Below, piece by piece: positions 9,130 through 17,788 of a stretch of DNA of 64,000 bases. Origin of the DNA: Candidatus Melainabacteria bacterium 17Bon1m (GTDB taxonomy: Bacteria; Cyanobacteriota; Vampirovibrionia; Obscuribacterales; Obscuribacteraceae). How positions within the stretch are numbered: the stretch's first letter is position 1; each line of letters starts with the position of its first letter. Where the stretch lies: positions 384,001 through 448,000 of the forward strand of contig JAVLKG010000005.1 in assembly GCA_032128875.1 (NCBI GenBank), read 5' to 3'. The translations under genes and the position numbers were made by a program. The notes under the pieces were generated by a model that ran no database searches, had not been told where the DNA came from, and saw only the letters and a program-made list of their open reading frames with translations.

Positions 9130-10710
9130 GTGTTGCAATTGGATGCAAGGGATACACTCGAAAAAGACTCTTTACCTGCGGCAAGGGGGCGCAGGGGGCT
9201 AACCGGTCTTAATAGATTCGCAACTGCGATCGCATGCACCGTATTCATCGCCATAAGCGTCGCTGTCCTCGTCGACAGAATTTTGGTTCCATATCTGGAA
9301 GATCAAAACATCCTGGTGTCCAGAAGCTGGAAAGAAGATACTTGGAAAATTGGGCAGATGTCTGATCAGCGCTGGCAGTTCCCAGACGGTTGCAGAGTCC
9401 TCCAATCTGCAGGTATACCGACGACCGAGAAAAAGCCAAAGTCGAAAAGAATTCTAGTAGCAGGTGATTCGTTTTGCGCGGGATATGCACTGGCAAATAT
9501 CAATGATGCCTGGTGGCGTGCTCTGCATCGGGAACTCATAAGACGAGGTTACAACGATGTCGATGTCATAGCGCTTTGCGGATTTTATGGTTCGACTGCT
9601 TCAACATTGGAAAAGCTGGAGAGATGGGGGAAGCAATACAGTCCCGATCTGATTCTTTTCGGTTACGTTTGCGACGATCCAGAAGAATTTGAAGGGAAGC
9701 GCTACATCGTCCCCTACTTAAGAAAATTCGAGCCCGATGCGCGAACCAAATTGGTAAGACGAATTCTTCGCTCGCTACTTCCGAATAGTGCCGAAGTATA
9801 TATTGGCTGGCAGGAGAAACAAGAAAACTCAAGATCGTCTGGACCAGAGCGAGGGTTTGAATGCAACAAGCGTGAATTAGAACTGCTAAAAGGCAAAAAT
9901 ATCAATCAATATCAAAAGACGTTGCAACACATGAGCGATTTGATGAAACGTTGGAATTTGCCTTGTTATGTGATTACGCTTCCTTGTGTGGCTGGTTTTC
10001 ATCCCGAGTTAGACGTAAGCATCGGCCATCGCGAGTTTGTGCCATACGTGCACAATTACTATAAAGAGCGTTATGACACAATTGCGCCCTACTTCCAAAA
10101 GGCCAGGCTTGAATTTGTAAATCTGCTTGAACCTTACATTGCGATGCTTTGGGCTGAGCCTAAGTTGAAGAACGGGAGTAATTCTGCCCTTTTGAGCGCA
10201 ACGCCGGCGGATGGTCATCCAGGTGGTTTGGTCACGCACTTTTACGCCTCCCAAGTCGTCGACTTGTTAGAGCGAAAATGCCCGTCGGTACTGGGGAGAA
10301 AGTCGGAGGTCGTAGAAAAATACCCTATAAATATCAATGATTGGATGCCTCCCAGTACCAACGTTTATAAAGTGTCAGACTCAAGCTACATCTTCATGGT
10401 GCCATCCTTCGCCGTAAATCAACTCTATATGCCAGTCCGGCAACCGCATGTTCAAATCAATTTTGAAATGCCTGCTGATCTCACAAAAATTCGACTGAGC
10501 GGACCTGGGCTCAAGAAAAGCACGATCTGGCTGAGTTCTGTCGATCCCAAAGACGGCTATGACAGCAGAGTTCTTCACCCTCTGGGTACATTGAAAGGTC
10601 ATGACGTAACCTGGCAGCTTCCGAACGAAGCGTGGGCTCGGAGCGTCAATACAATAAAGGTTTCGGCAGAAGTGAAAGGTCCGGATCGTCGCGTTGCCAT
10701 CTCATTTTAG
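9130..10710 (+). CDS. Membrane-anchored SGNH/GDSL hydrolase-family protein
   Basis: One N-terminal TM; block I AGDSF; block V ADGHPGG (DxH); C-terminal beta-rich domain. Confidence 0.75.
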   Translation: MLQLDARDTLEKDSLPAARGRRGLTGLNRFATAIACTVFIAISVAVLVDRILVPYLEDQNILVSRSWKEDTWKIGQMSDQRWQFPDGCRVLQSAGIPTTEKKPKSKRILVAGDSFCAGYALANINDAWWRALHRELIRRGYNDVDVIALCGFYGSTASTLEKLERWGKQYSPDLILFGYVCDDPEEFEGKRYIVPYLRKFEPDARTKLVRRILRSLLPNSAEVYIGWQEKQENSRSSGPERGFECNKRELELLKGKNINQYQKTLQHMSDLMKRWNLPCYVITLPCVAGFHPELDVSIGHREFVPYVHNYYKERYDTIAPYFQKARLEFVNLLEPYIAMLWAEPKLKNGSNSALLSATPADGHPGGLVTHFYASQVVDLLERKCPSVLGRKSEVVEKYPININDWMPPSTNVYKVSDSSYIFMVPSFAVNQLYMPVRQPHVQINFEMPADLTKIRLSGPGLKKSTIWLSSVDPKDGYDSRVLHPLGTLKGHDVTWQLPNEAWARSVNTIKVSAEVKGPDRRVAISF

Positions 10711-10867
10711 GGACTGATTACGAGCCGGCTGGACCATTTGTTGTCACATCGAAACATATTTGCCGCCTGTCAGTGACGGGCCGGCTGCTTTCGGGAATGA
10801 GTAGAATGAGAATGACTGAGTCTCACGGAGTCTGGATCCTGGTTGTTACGGTAACTCTGGAGGCCGA

Positions 10868-12130
10868 TTGGACAGGAATGTCGCTGAACGCCCCATTGGT
10901 GACTGGCTGGTCGAATGGGGATTGATTTCCGAGAAGCAACTGCAAGTTGCCCTCAATGACTCGCGTGCGCACATGTTGCCTGTTGGAATGTGCCTGGTTT
11001 TGCGCGAGCAGGTCGATTCCGAGCTGATTCAGTCGGGCGTTATTGCTCAGTCGTATTTGCGAGATGGCGCGATTTCGGCTCAAGACGCCACTAATGCCAT
11101 GGCTCTTGCTAAAAGAAAACACGTCTCAATCGGGGTCGCTTTCAACCTGCTGGCCATTCAGCCCGAGCCTATTCCTCGCAACCGGCTTGGTGATTTGCTT
11201 ACTGCCTCCGGCGCCATATCCAGCGGTGAGCTGAAGGTTGTGCTCAACCTGGCAAAAGCGACCGGCTTGCCCTTGGGGCGCATTCTTCTCAATCATGGCA
11301 GTATCACCGAAGACTTGATTCAGCTTGCTCTTGGACTGCAGCGGAATATTCGCATCGGCGAAATTGACAGAAATGGCGCTTTTGAAAAACTCAGCCGGTA
11401 TGTCGAAGACGGCGCTAGAAATTCTATTTTGGCAGGTATTGGTTTGCATGCCGAAACCTTGACCGGCTGTCTGCTTGTGAAGTCCGGAGTGATCTCGGAA
11501 GGCAACATCAAAGACGCTCTTAGATCCGGCACGAAAGAGGGAGCCAGGCTTGGAGAGGTTCTTGTCGGCAAAGGCATGGTCAAGCAGGACATGATCGAAT
11601 CGACTTTGGAAGTGCAAAAACTGATTCGTGCTCACAAATTCACGGTCCCTCAAGGGCTGAGTGTGTTGCGCAATGTCCATGCCGCTCAGCGCCGTGAAGA
11701 GATAAAGTCTGAATTCGGAAATCATGGACAGCGCAATAAGGCGTTGGTGATGTCCTTTTACAGATATTTGAAATTGACCCGCGCCCTTCCCGATGTAATT
11801 TTGCGCGGAGGCGTCAATCATGAACCAGCTACACAAGAAGCGGTTCAAAGCGAGATGGAAATGACCTGGCAGGAGCTTAGAGCCGTTTCGCCGCTGGCAG
11901 AGCCTGTTGTTCCTTCTCTTCCTGAAGATGTTCGCTCGCTTTTACAGCGCTGCGGATTTATCACGGATGAGCAGCTGGTAGTGGCACAGCGTGCCGCTTA
12001 TACGTATAAGCTAGTTCTTGATCAGGTTCTTTCAATCGAACAATCTTTGATTGAGTTTCACCGACTGAAGATGGAAGAAGTGCAGCCAAAAGACTGGACG
12101 GGCACATTCCCGAATCTATCGGCAATATAG
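10868..12130 (+). CDS. Stand-alone poly-MshEN (c-di-GMP-binding motif) protein
   Basis: Three 24+5+24 aa MshEN-like pairs, e.g. RLGDLLTASGAISSGELKVVLNLA-KATGL-PLGRILLNHGSITEDLIQLALGLQ; GGAGG before the TTG start; no ATPase domain. Confidence 0.75.
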   Translation: MDRNVAERPIGDWLVEWGLISEKQLQVALNDSRAHMLPVGMCLVLREQVDSELIQSGVIAQSYLRDGAISAQDATNAMALAKRKHVSIGVAFNLLAIQPEPIPRNRLGDLLTASGAISSGELKVVLNLAKATGLPLGRILLNHGSITEDLIQLALGLQRNIRIGEIDRNGAFEKLSRYVEDGARNSILAGIGLHAETLTGCLLVKSGVISEGNIKDALRSGTKEGARLGEVLVGKGMVKQDMIESTLEVQKLIRAHKFTVPQGLSVLRNVHAAQRREEIKSEFGNHGQRNKALVMSFYRYLKLTRALPDVILRGGVNHEPATQEAVQSEMEMTWQELRAVSPLAEPVVPSLPEDVRSLLQRCGFITDEQLVVAQRAAYTYKLVLDQVLSIEQSLIEFHRLKMEEVQPKDWTGTFPNLSAI

Positions 12131-12138
12131 CGTGCATT

Positions 12139-12165
12139 AAGAAAGGGCGATGCTGTTGCACGCCC
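12139..12165 (-). terminator. Probable terminator between convergent genes (for SulP)
   Basis: Hairpin GGGCG-A-TGC-TGTT-GCA-CGCCC followed by TTTCTT on the minus strand. Confidence 0.45.
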
Positions 12166-12192
12166 CTCTCGATTTCTGTATTGCCGAGCGCC

Positions 12193-13911
12193 TTAAGCGT
12201 GACGTCTGTGTTGCCAGCCGTTCAGGTGCGCGTGGCGCATGCAGCTTGCATCTTTCGAATGCATTCTTAGCAGTTCCAGTCCGGTGATTTCCACTTCCAA
12301 TTTGCCGGTTCTATGGCATTCGGATTGGAAAGCCAGGATATTGGAAGCGCTTGTGTGATCGACAAGACCCACAGATGGAGCGAAGATGAGCTTCAGTTGA
12401 GTGCAGTTGGCTGGAATCTTTTCGAGTTCTTTCTGAACATGCAAAGCGTTGAAGCAAACTACTGGTCCATTGAAGCGAATCTTGTGCACGCCGTCTTGAG
12501 TATCGTGCATGGTGACCGGATTACGGAAGAGTTTCACAAACTCCACCCAAAGCGTTTTTGCAGTCACTGGTCCGTGTCCATGGTGTCTTTCCAGTGTGCT
12601 TGATAAAGAGTAGACCCATGCAATAACCAGTTTTGCAGCCATGCCGTAGATCAAGCCCCAGAGCAAGTCGGTGTAGAGCGTGACGGCAATAGTTGAAGCG
12701 AATAAGAACAATTGTTCTTTGCCCACTGCCGCTGCGTAGAACCATTTCTTAGGTTCGCAGAGTTTGTAACCAATGTGGATGAGAACAGCTGCCAGTGCCG
12801 CAAGCGGGATCATATTGATGCATTCGCGTGCAACCAAAAGATAGCAACTCAGGAAGCATGCATTGTAGAAGTTCGCCCACAATGTTTTTCCTCCGGACAA
12901 GATGTTGGTTGTGCTCTTGATTCCTCCCGGAATGATTGTCAGACCGCCTGCCAGACTGGAGCAGATGTTGGACATGCCCATTGCAAAAAGAGTGCGGTCG
13001 GGATTGGACTTTCTGTGAAAGGGGTCAATTCTGTCGACAGCCATGATGGTAGCCAGCGATTCAAAACCATCGATCAAAGTAAGAGTAAGAACGCAGCCTG
13101 CGATCGTCCACCACATGCTGGGATCACTGAAGAGCCCGACGAAATTTGGCATTACGATTCCGTGCTTGAGCGGGTCAGCAGGAATATTGATCAAGAATTT
13201 GGGATCGATATTCATGACCTGACCGAGTACAGCACCAACAACGACAGCAATCAACTGAGGTGGCACCATGCGCAGTTTTGTCTTGGCCAAAAGTTTTGGA
13301 AAGGAAAATAGAATGAGCAGGCAGACGACGCCGATAAATAGAACTGATGCGTTCGATTGCATTAGATTGGAAGGTGCTTCAGCCATGAGCCCGAAGAACT
13401 CGTGTGCATGACCCTTGTGACCGACCAGCGCCGGGATTTGTTTGGCGATGATCATCAAGCCTATTGATGCAAGCATTGCTTCCACCGCGATTACAGGAAA
13501 CATCGCGCTGAATCTTGCCGCTTTCATTTGGCTAAGAATGAGCTGAACAATTCCTGCCATCGTTATTACGCCTAAGACAAGCGTATAACCGTATTCCATG
13601 TTGCCTTTGCCGAGCACCATTATGCAAGCCATAACGGCGGGAGCCAGACCGGCGGCCGGTCCGCTTATCGTGCAGTAGGCGCCGCCCAGGAGGGGAAACA
13701 CTAGACCAGCAATAATTGCAGAAATTAGTCCACACACAGGCGGCGCGCCCGAGGCGATAGCAATGCCTAACGAAAGAGGCACCGACACGAGGGATACGAT
13801 TAATCCCGCGACAAGATCGTGCCTCCAGTGTTTCAGACCCTTAATACCGTTTTCCGGTTTTTCCGTAGACGATGCGGCCTTGGGTGTGACCCTGGTGACT
13901 GTGAGTTCCAT
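12193..13911 (-). CDS. SulP/SLC26 inorganic anion transporter (probable bicarbonate subtype) with STAS-like tail
   Basis: DLVAGLIVSLVSVPLSLGIAIASGAP...ISGPAAGL, ESLATIMAVD, IPLAALAAVLI, VDHT. Start is ATG 13911 or TTG 13926. Confidence 0.9.
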   Translation of the reverse strand: MELTVTRVTPKAASSTEKPENGIKGLKHWRHDLVAGLIVSLVSVPLSLGIAIASGAPPVCGLISAIIAGLVFPLLGGAYCTISGPAAGLAPAVMACIMVLGKGNMEYGYTLVLGVITMAGIVQLILSQMKAARFSAMFPVIAVEAMLASIGLMIIAKQIPALVGHKGHAHEFFGLMAEAPSNLMQSNASVLFIGVVCLLILFSFPKLLAKTKLRMVPPQLIAVVVGAVLGQVMNIDPKFLINIPADPLKHGIVMPNFVGLFSDPSMWWTIAGCVLTLTLIDGFESLATIMAVDRIDPFHRKSNPDRTLFAMGMSNICSSLAGGLTIIPGGIKSTTNILSGGKTLWANFYNACFLSCYLLVARECINMIPLAALAAVLIHIGYKLCEPKKWFYAAAVGKEQLFLFASTIAVTLYTDLLWGLIYGMAAKLVIAWVYSLSSTLERHHGHGPVTAKTLWVEFVKLFRNPVTMHDTQDGVHKIRFNGPVVCFNALHVQKELEKIPANCTQLKLIFAPSVGLVDHTSASNILAFQSECHRTGKLEVEITGLELLRMHSKDASCMRHAHLNGWQHRRHA

Positions 13912-14020
13912 ATTTATTGATTCCAACGCAAATTGAGGGAAGCCATCTTGGTAGGATGGCTCTGCACTTCGGTATTCAGTTCAGGAGGAGCAAGCCACGT
14001 ACCTGGCTTGTTTCATGGAT

Positions 14021-14075
14021 AATCTAACAACAGTATGTTGTTAACTTGTGATCGCCATGTGACGGTTTTGTGATC
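14021..14075 (-). promoter_or_regulatory. Putative SulP promoter: 11-bp-periodic direct repeats (OmpR/PhoB-type), a palindrome and a -10-like TAGATT
   Basis: Plus-strand TGTGA at 14047, 14058 and 14069 and TGTTG at 14036 (exact 11-bp period); perfect inverted repeat TAACAACA-GTA-TGTTGTTA at 14025-14043; minus-strand TAGATT at 14026-14021. Confidence 0.6.
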
Positions 14076-14118
14076 AAAACAAAATTCTGTCGTGGAATTC
14101 CCACTGAGGTCTTCCTGT

Positions 14119-15351
14119 TTAAGCCAGCGGGATGGTGACTTTGAACGTGCTGCCGCGCCCGACTTCGCTGGTTACGCTGATATTTCCCTTGTGCGATTCC
14201 ACGACTGCTTTCACGATAGAAAGTCCGAGACCCGCTCCGCCGGCGGCTCTTGCGCGAGCTTTGTCGACGCGGTAGAAACGATCGAAGACGTGATCTATGC
14301 TTTCGGGGGGAATTCCAATGCCTGTATCGCTTACTTTTATCGCGAGATTTCGACCTTCGGCTTCTGACCAAATAATAATGGTTCCGCCCGCATCAGTGTA
14401 ACGAAGCGCGTTACTTGCAAGGTTTGTCACCATTCTTCTAAGGAATTCCAGATTGCCCATTACCTCTAAATCCGTGACGGCGCCCAGCTTAAACTGAATA
14501 TCGCGCGTTTTTGCCAGGGTTGAGAAATCTTCGCAGACATCTTCGAGCAGCTTTCTCACGCTGACCGGTGCCATCACATAGTGCGAAATGGGATTTTCTA
14601 CACGGGCAAGAAAGATCAAATCGGAAGCCAATTCGCTCATTCTGGCGCTGGCTTTGGCGATGATATCGGTAAGGTCCTCTTTGACATTGTTCTCCCGTAA
14701 AATCTCCGTTAGAGCCTCCAGGCTGGCTTCTATGATGGCTATGGGGGTATTCAGTTCGTGCCCGGCATCGGCAACAAAGCGTCGCGTCAATTGCATAGCT
14801 TGTTCGGCGGGCTTCAATGCTAATCCTGAAAATAGATACCCGGCAATGGCGACGAGTGCGCCGAGAAACGGCATAGCCACAATAGCTGCGTAAATCGCCA
14901 GCTCGCTAGCTTGGTCGTTCTGTTTGGTAGAAACCTGCACTTGCAAATAGCCGCACAATTTTCCAGCGGAATTGATCCTTTCATTTAGCGACCTGACGGT
15001 TATTCTGCCCGATTGATCACGCTCTTCCAGTCTGCCTTTAGCCAGCTTTTCGATTCCATCGCTGCCATATTTTTCGAGCAAATTCTTGTCTTTGTCAAAG
15101 ACTTGAATACTCGCTGTCACCATGGAGTGGGCTTCGTCAGCGCGTTCTGCCCAGTCTTTCAAAGTAGGGCGACCGTTCTCAACTTTTATTGACGGACGAA
15201 TTTCTGAAACAAGATCGGCAAGAAGTGCTTCATTCGATCGAACCAGACTTGCTGAAAACAGAACATAAAACGCGGTCGCACCGACCGTGTGCAGAACCAG
15301 AACCAGACACATAAAGTAAAGCGCGAGCTTTACCCGCATCTGATTAAGCAT
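14119..15351 (-). CDS. Sensor histidine kinase (2 TM, short periplasmic domain)
   Basis: FVADAGHELNTPI, NLASNALRYT, DTGIGI, FDRFYRVDKAR, GAGLGLSIVK; overlaps the regulator stop. Confidence 0.93.
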   Translation of the reverse strand: MLNQMRVKLALYFMCLVLVLHTVGATAFYVLFSASLVRSNEALLADLVSEIRPSIKVENGRPTLKDWAERADEAHSMVTASIQVFDKDKNLLEKYGSDGIEKLAKGRLEERDQSGRITVRSLNERINSAGKLCGYLQVQVSTKQNDQASELAIYAAIVAMPFLGALVAIAGYLFSGLALKPAEQAMQLTRRFVADAGHELNTPIAIIEASLEALTEILRENNVKEDLTDIIAKASARMSELASDLIFLARVENPISHYVMAPVSVRKLLEDVCEDFSTLAKTRDIQFKLGAVTDLEVMGNLEFLRRMVTNLASNALRYTDAGGTIIIWSEAEGRNLAIKVSDTGIGIPPESIDHVFDRFYRVDKARARAAGGAGLGLSIVKAVVESHKGNISVTSEVGRGSTFKVTIPLA

Positions 15352-16024
15352 CTTCAATTCCTAATTTGTAACCGACGCCGTGCACGGTAACAATGATGGA
15401 CGGACCTTCGTCATTGTCGAGCTTCTTGCGCAGTCTTGTGACGTGCCCGCGGACAGTGTCGTGATGGGCATTCGAATCCATTTCCCACACGCTGTCCAGA
15501 ATTTCGTCTGCACTGAAAACTCGTTGAGGATGGCGCAGCAGAAATTCAAGGAGGCGAAACTCTTTCGGCAGCAAATGCACTTCTTTGCCGTCTTTTAGCA
15601 CCCTGTGATTCTCGATGTCCAACTCGATATTGCGAAGCGACAGCTTCGTGTGATGCTCGGATGAAGAACGCCTGAGCAGCGCCTTGACACGCATTGCCAG
15701 CTCTTTGAGCTGGAACGGTTTTGTCAAATAATCATCAGCGCCTGATTCGAATCCTTCCGCCTTGTCATCTAATGATTGCTTGGCTGTAAGCATGATTATG
15801 GCTGCATTGCCGCCGCTTTGTCTGTAGCGTCTGCATACTTCTATGCCCTGCATTTCCGGGAGCATCCAGTCTAAAACAACTACGTCAAAACTTGTGCCGG
15901 TCATTTGCAAGAGCGCAGATTTGCCGTCGTAGACTTGTTCTACAAGATGATGGTCGCGCTTGAGCCAATCGGCTATAAGCCTGGAAAGATCCTTTTCGTC
16001 TTCAACAACCAGTATGCGAGCCAT
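15344..16024 (-). CDS. OmpR-family response regulator
   Basis: ILVVEDE, LDWMLP, MLTAK, GADDYLTKPF, wHTH ending VTVHGVGYKL. Confidence 0.95.
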   Translation of the reverse strand: MARILVVEDEKDLSRLIADWLKRDHHLVEQVYDGKSALLQMTGTSFDVVVLDWMLPEMQGIEVCRRYRQSGGNAAIIMLTAKQSLDDKAEGFESGADDYLTKPFQLKELAMRVKALLRRSSSEHHTKLSLRNIELDIENHRVLKDGKEVHLLPKEFRLLEFLLRHPQRVFSADEILDSVWEMDSNAHHDTVRGHVTRLRKKLDNDEGPSIIVTVHGVGYKLGIEDA

Positions 16025-16052
16025 TCAGCAGCTTATTTCTATAGAACCGATA

Positions 16053-16382
16053 CTATTCTGGCGAGATCTTGAGCGCGTCTGCGCCACGTTTTCCTGAGGC
16101 TATGTCGACTACTTGATCGATATTGGTTACGAAAAGCAGTCCATCGCCGTCCTGGTGCGTGCCGACAGCGTGGAGAATGATATTGATCAATTCCTCTACG
16201 TGCTCTTCTCTGATGACGATTTCGACTTTCGAGCGTGGCACCAAATACTGTGGATTGGACATGTCGGGCTTTGCGGAGCCTTGTGACTCGGTTACGGTAT
16301 AACCACTGATAGGCGCCTTGAAAAGCGCGCGTGCCAATCTGTCGATCATAAACGGCTGGATAATCGCCGTCACGAGCTTCAT
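16053..16382 (-). CDS. PII-family (PII-like, non-canonical) signalling protein
   Basis: MKLVTAIIQPF...GYTVTE...KVEIVI...GDG.LFV; AAGGAG before ATG 16382. An alternative ATG at 16484 overlaps the MFP stop (ATGA). Confidence 0.88.
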   Translation of the reverse strand: MKLVTAIIQPFMIDRLARALFKAPISGYTVTESQGSAKPDMSNPQYLVPRSKVEIVIREEHVEELINIILHAVGTHQDGDGLLFVTNIDQVVDIASGKRGADALKISPE

Positions 16383-16480
16383 CGCGGGCTCCTTTTCTTT
16401 GTCGCCGTATTTCGTATTTTGAGATGCCGGCTGCAGCCCTGTGTAAGAGCGCGATGCCACTGATGCGTTAAAACCTGAGC

Positions 16481-17788
16481 TCATTCGGATAACTGCTTCA
16501 ACATTTGTCCCTGCAACTGCAAACTTCCGTGTGCAACCACAGTTTCGCCCGGACGCAGACCTTTCAAAATTTCCACGCTGCCACCGAGTCTCCTGCCTAC
16601 CTCTATCTTTCGTTCCTCGAAACGGTTATTACCGAGCACCACATACGCCACCGTCGCTTCACCCGTTTTTCGCACCGATTCGAAAGGAATCGAAAGCGCT
16701 TGGGTTTCTCCTATTTCAACGCGCATATTGGCAAACATCTCCGGCTTAAGAATAATCTGGGGATTTTGCACCGTAGCGCGCACCGGCATCGTACGTGAGT
16801 CCGTATCGAGCATGACGCCAGTATAATCGACTTTGCCAGGAAAAACCTTGTCAGGGTAGCTATTGACAGTTACGGCGACGCGCTGACCTTTCTTGATGTA
16901 GTGGATGTCTTTCTCAAACGCCTGCGCCGTGAGCCATACCTGCTTCAGGTCGGTAACGACGAAAATATTGTGCGCGTTGTCAATAAGCTGTCCGACGTCC
17001 GCATTTCTTTCGGTGATGATTCCATCGCGCGGAGAAAGCATATAGAAATCGTCGTCGATTTTTTTCTTCGCCAACACTCTATCAAGCTCGTCTTTTTCCA
17101 CTCCGTAGAGCCTTAGTCTCTCTCGAGCCGTCGTAATTAGTGCTTCGCGCTTGTCTTTCAATGTTTCAAGCGCTACTTGAGCTTTTTGATATTCGTTTTC
17201 TGCCGAGTCGAGATCGGCTCTGGCACTTATTCCTTCGCTAAATAATTGTTTGTGTCTTCCGTAGATTTTTTCTGTCAAAGCAAGCTGAAAACGCGCCTGA
17301 TCTATATCCGCTTCGAAATCAAGGACATTCTTCAACAGCTCCGCTTCGATTTGAGCGATGTCGTCGCTTCTGATGAAGGCTAGTTTTTGACCTTCTTTGA
17401 CTACGTCGCCGAGCTGCACAAAGCACTTCTCTATGCGCCCCGGTACGAGCGAAATAACAGGCGTTGTTATGTTTGCATCAGGCTCGACCTGTCCGGTCAG
17501 GCAAACTTCTTTGATCATCTTATGTTGCTGAACGACTTCAGTGGTCAAATGTATTTCGTTCATTTGATCCGGCCTTATTGTCACGTAGCCGGTTGATGGA
17601 ACGCTGTCGTCCATATCGACTTCGCCTTTGTGAGGCTGTTTGAGGCTGGAGACCATAGCGCTTTGTGCACCGTGATCGCAGCCTGTGATAAGAAATGGCA
17701 GCACGAGCATGCCGAGAGCCATGAGCGGCGAGACCAGGGATGCTTGATTCGAAAATCGTCTGGTTTCGATCTTCATTGATGTACTCAT
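16481..17788 (-). CDS. RND periplasmic adaptor (CzcB-like membrane fusion protein), lipoprotein
   Basis: Lipobox LITGC; PGRIEK..VQLGDVVKEGQ; SPRDG.ITERN; LKPEMFA; EILKGLRPGETVV. Confidence 0.92.
   Translation of the reverse strand: MSTSMKIETRRFSNQASLVSPLMALGMLVLPFLITGCDHGAQSAMVSSLKQPHKGEVDMDDSVPSTGYVTIRPDQMNEIHLTTEVVQQHKMIKEVCLTGQVEPDANITTPVISLVPGRIEKCFVQLGDVVKEGQKLAFIRSDDIAQIEAELLKNVLDFEADIDQARFQLALTEKIYGRHKQLFSEGISARADLDSAENEYQKAQVALETLKDKREALITTARERLRLYGVEKDELDRVLAKKKIDDDFYMLSPRDGIITERNADVGQLIDNAHNIFVVTDLKQVWLTAQAFEKDIHYIKKGQRVAVTVNSYPDKVFPGKVDYTGVMLDTDSRTMPVRATVQNPQIILKPEMFANMRVEIGETQALSIPFESVRKTGEATVAYVVLGNNRFEERKIEVGRRLGGSVEILKGLRPGETVVAHGSLQLQGQMLKQLSE

Noticed and set aside
16053-16382. 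glnB/glnK nitrogen regulator
   Set aside because: Truncated T-loop, lost ligand residues, and no amtB or glnA nearby.
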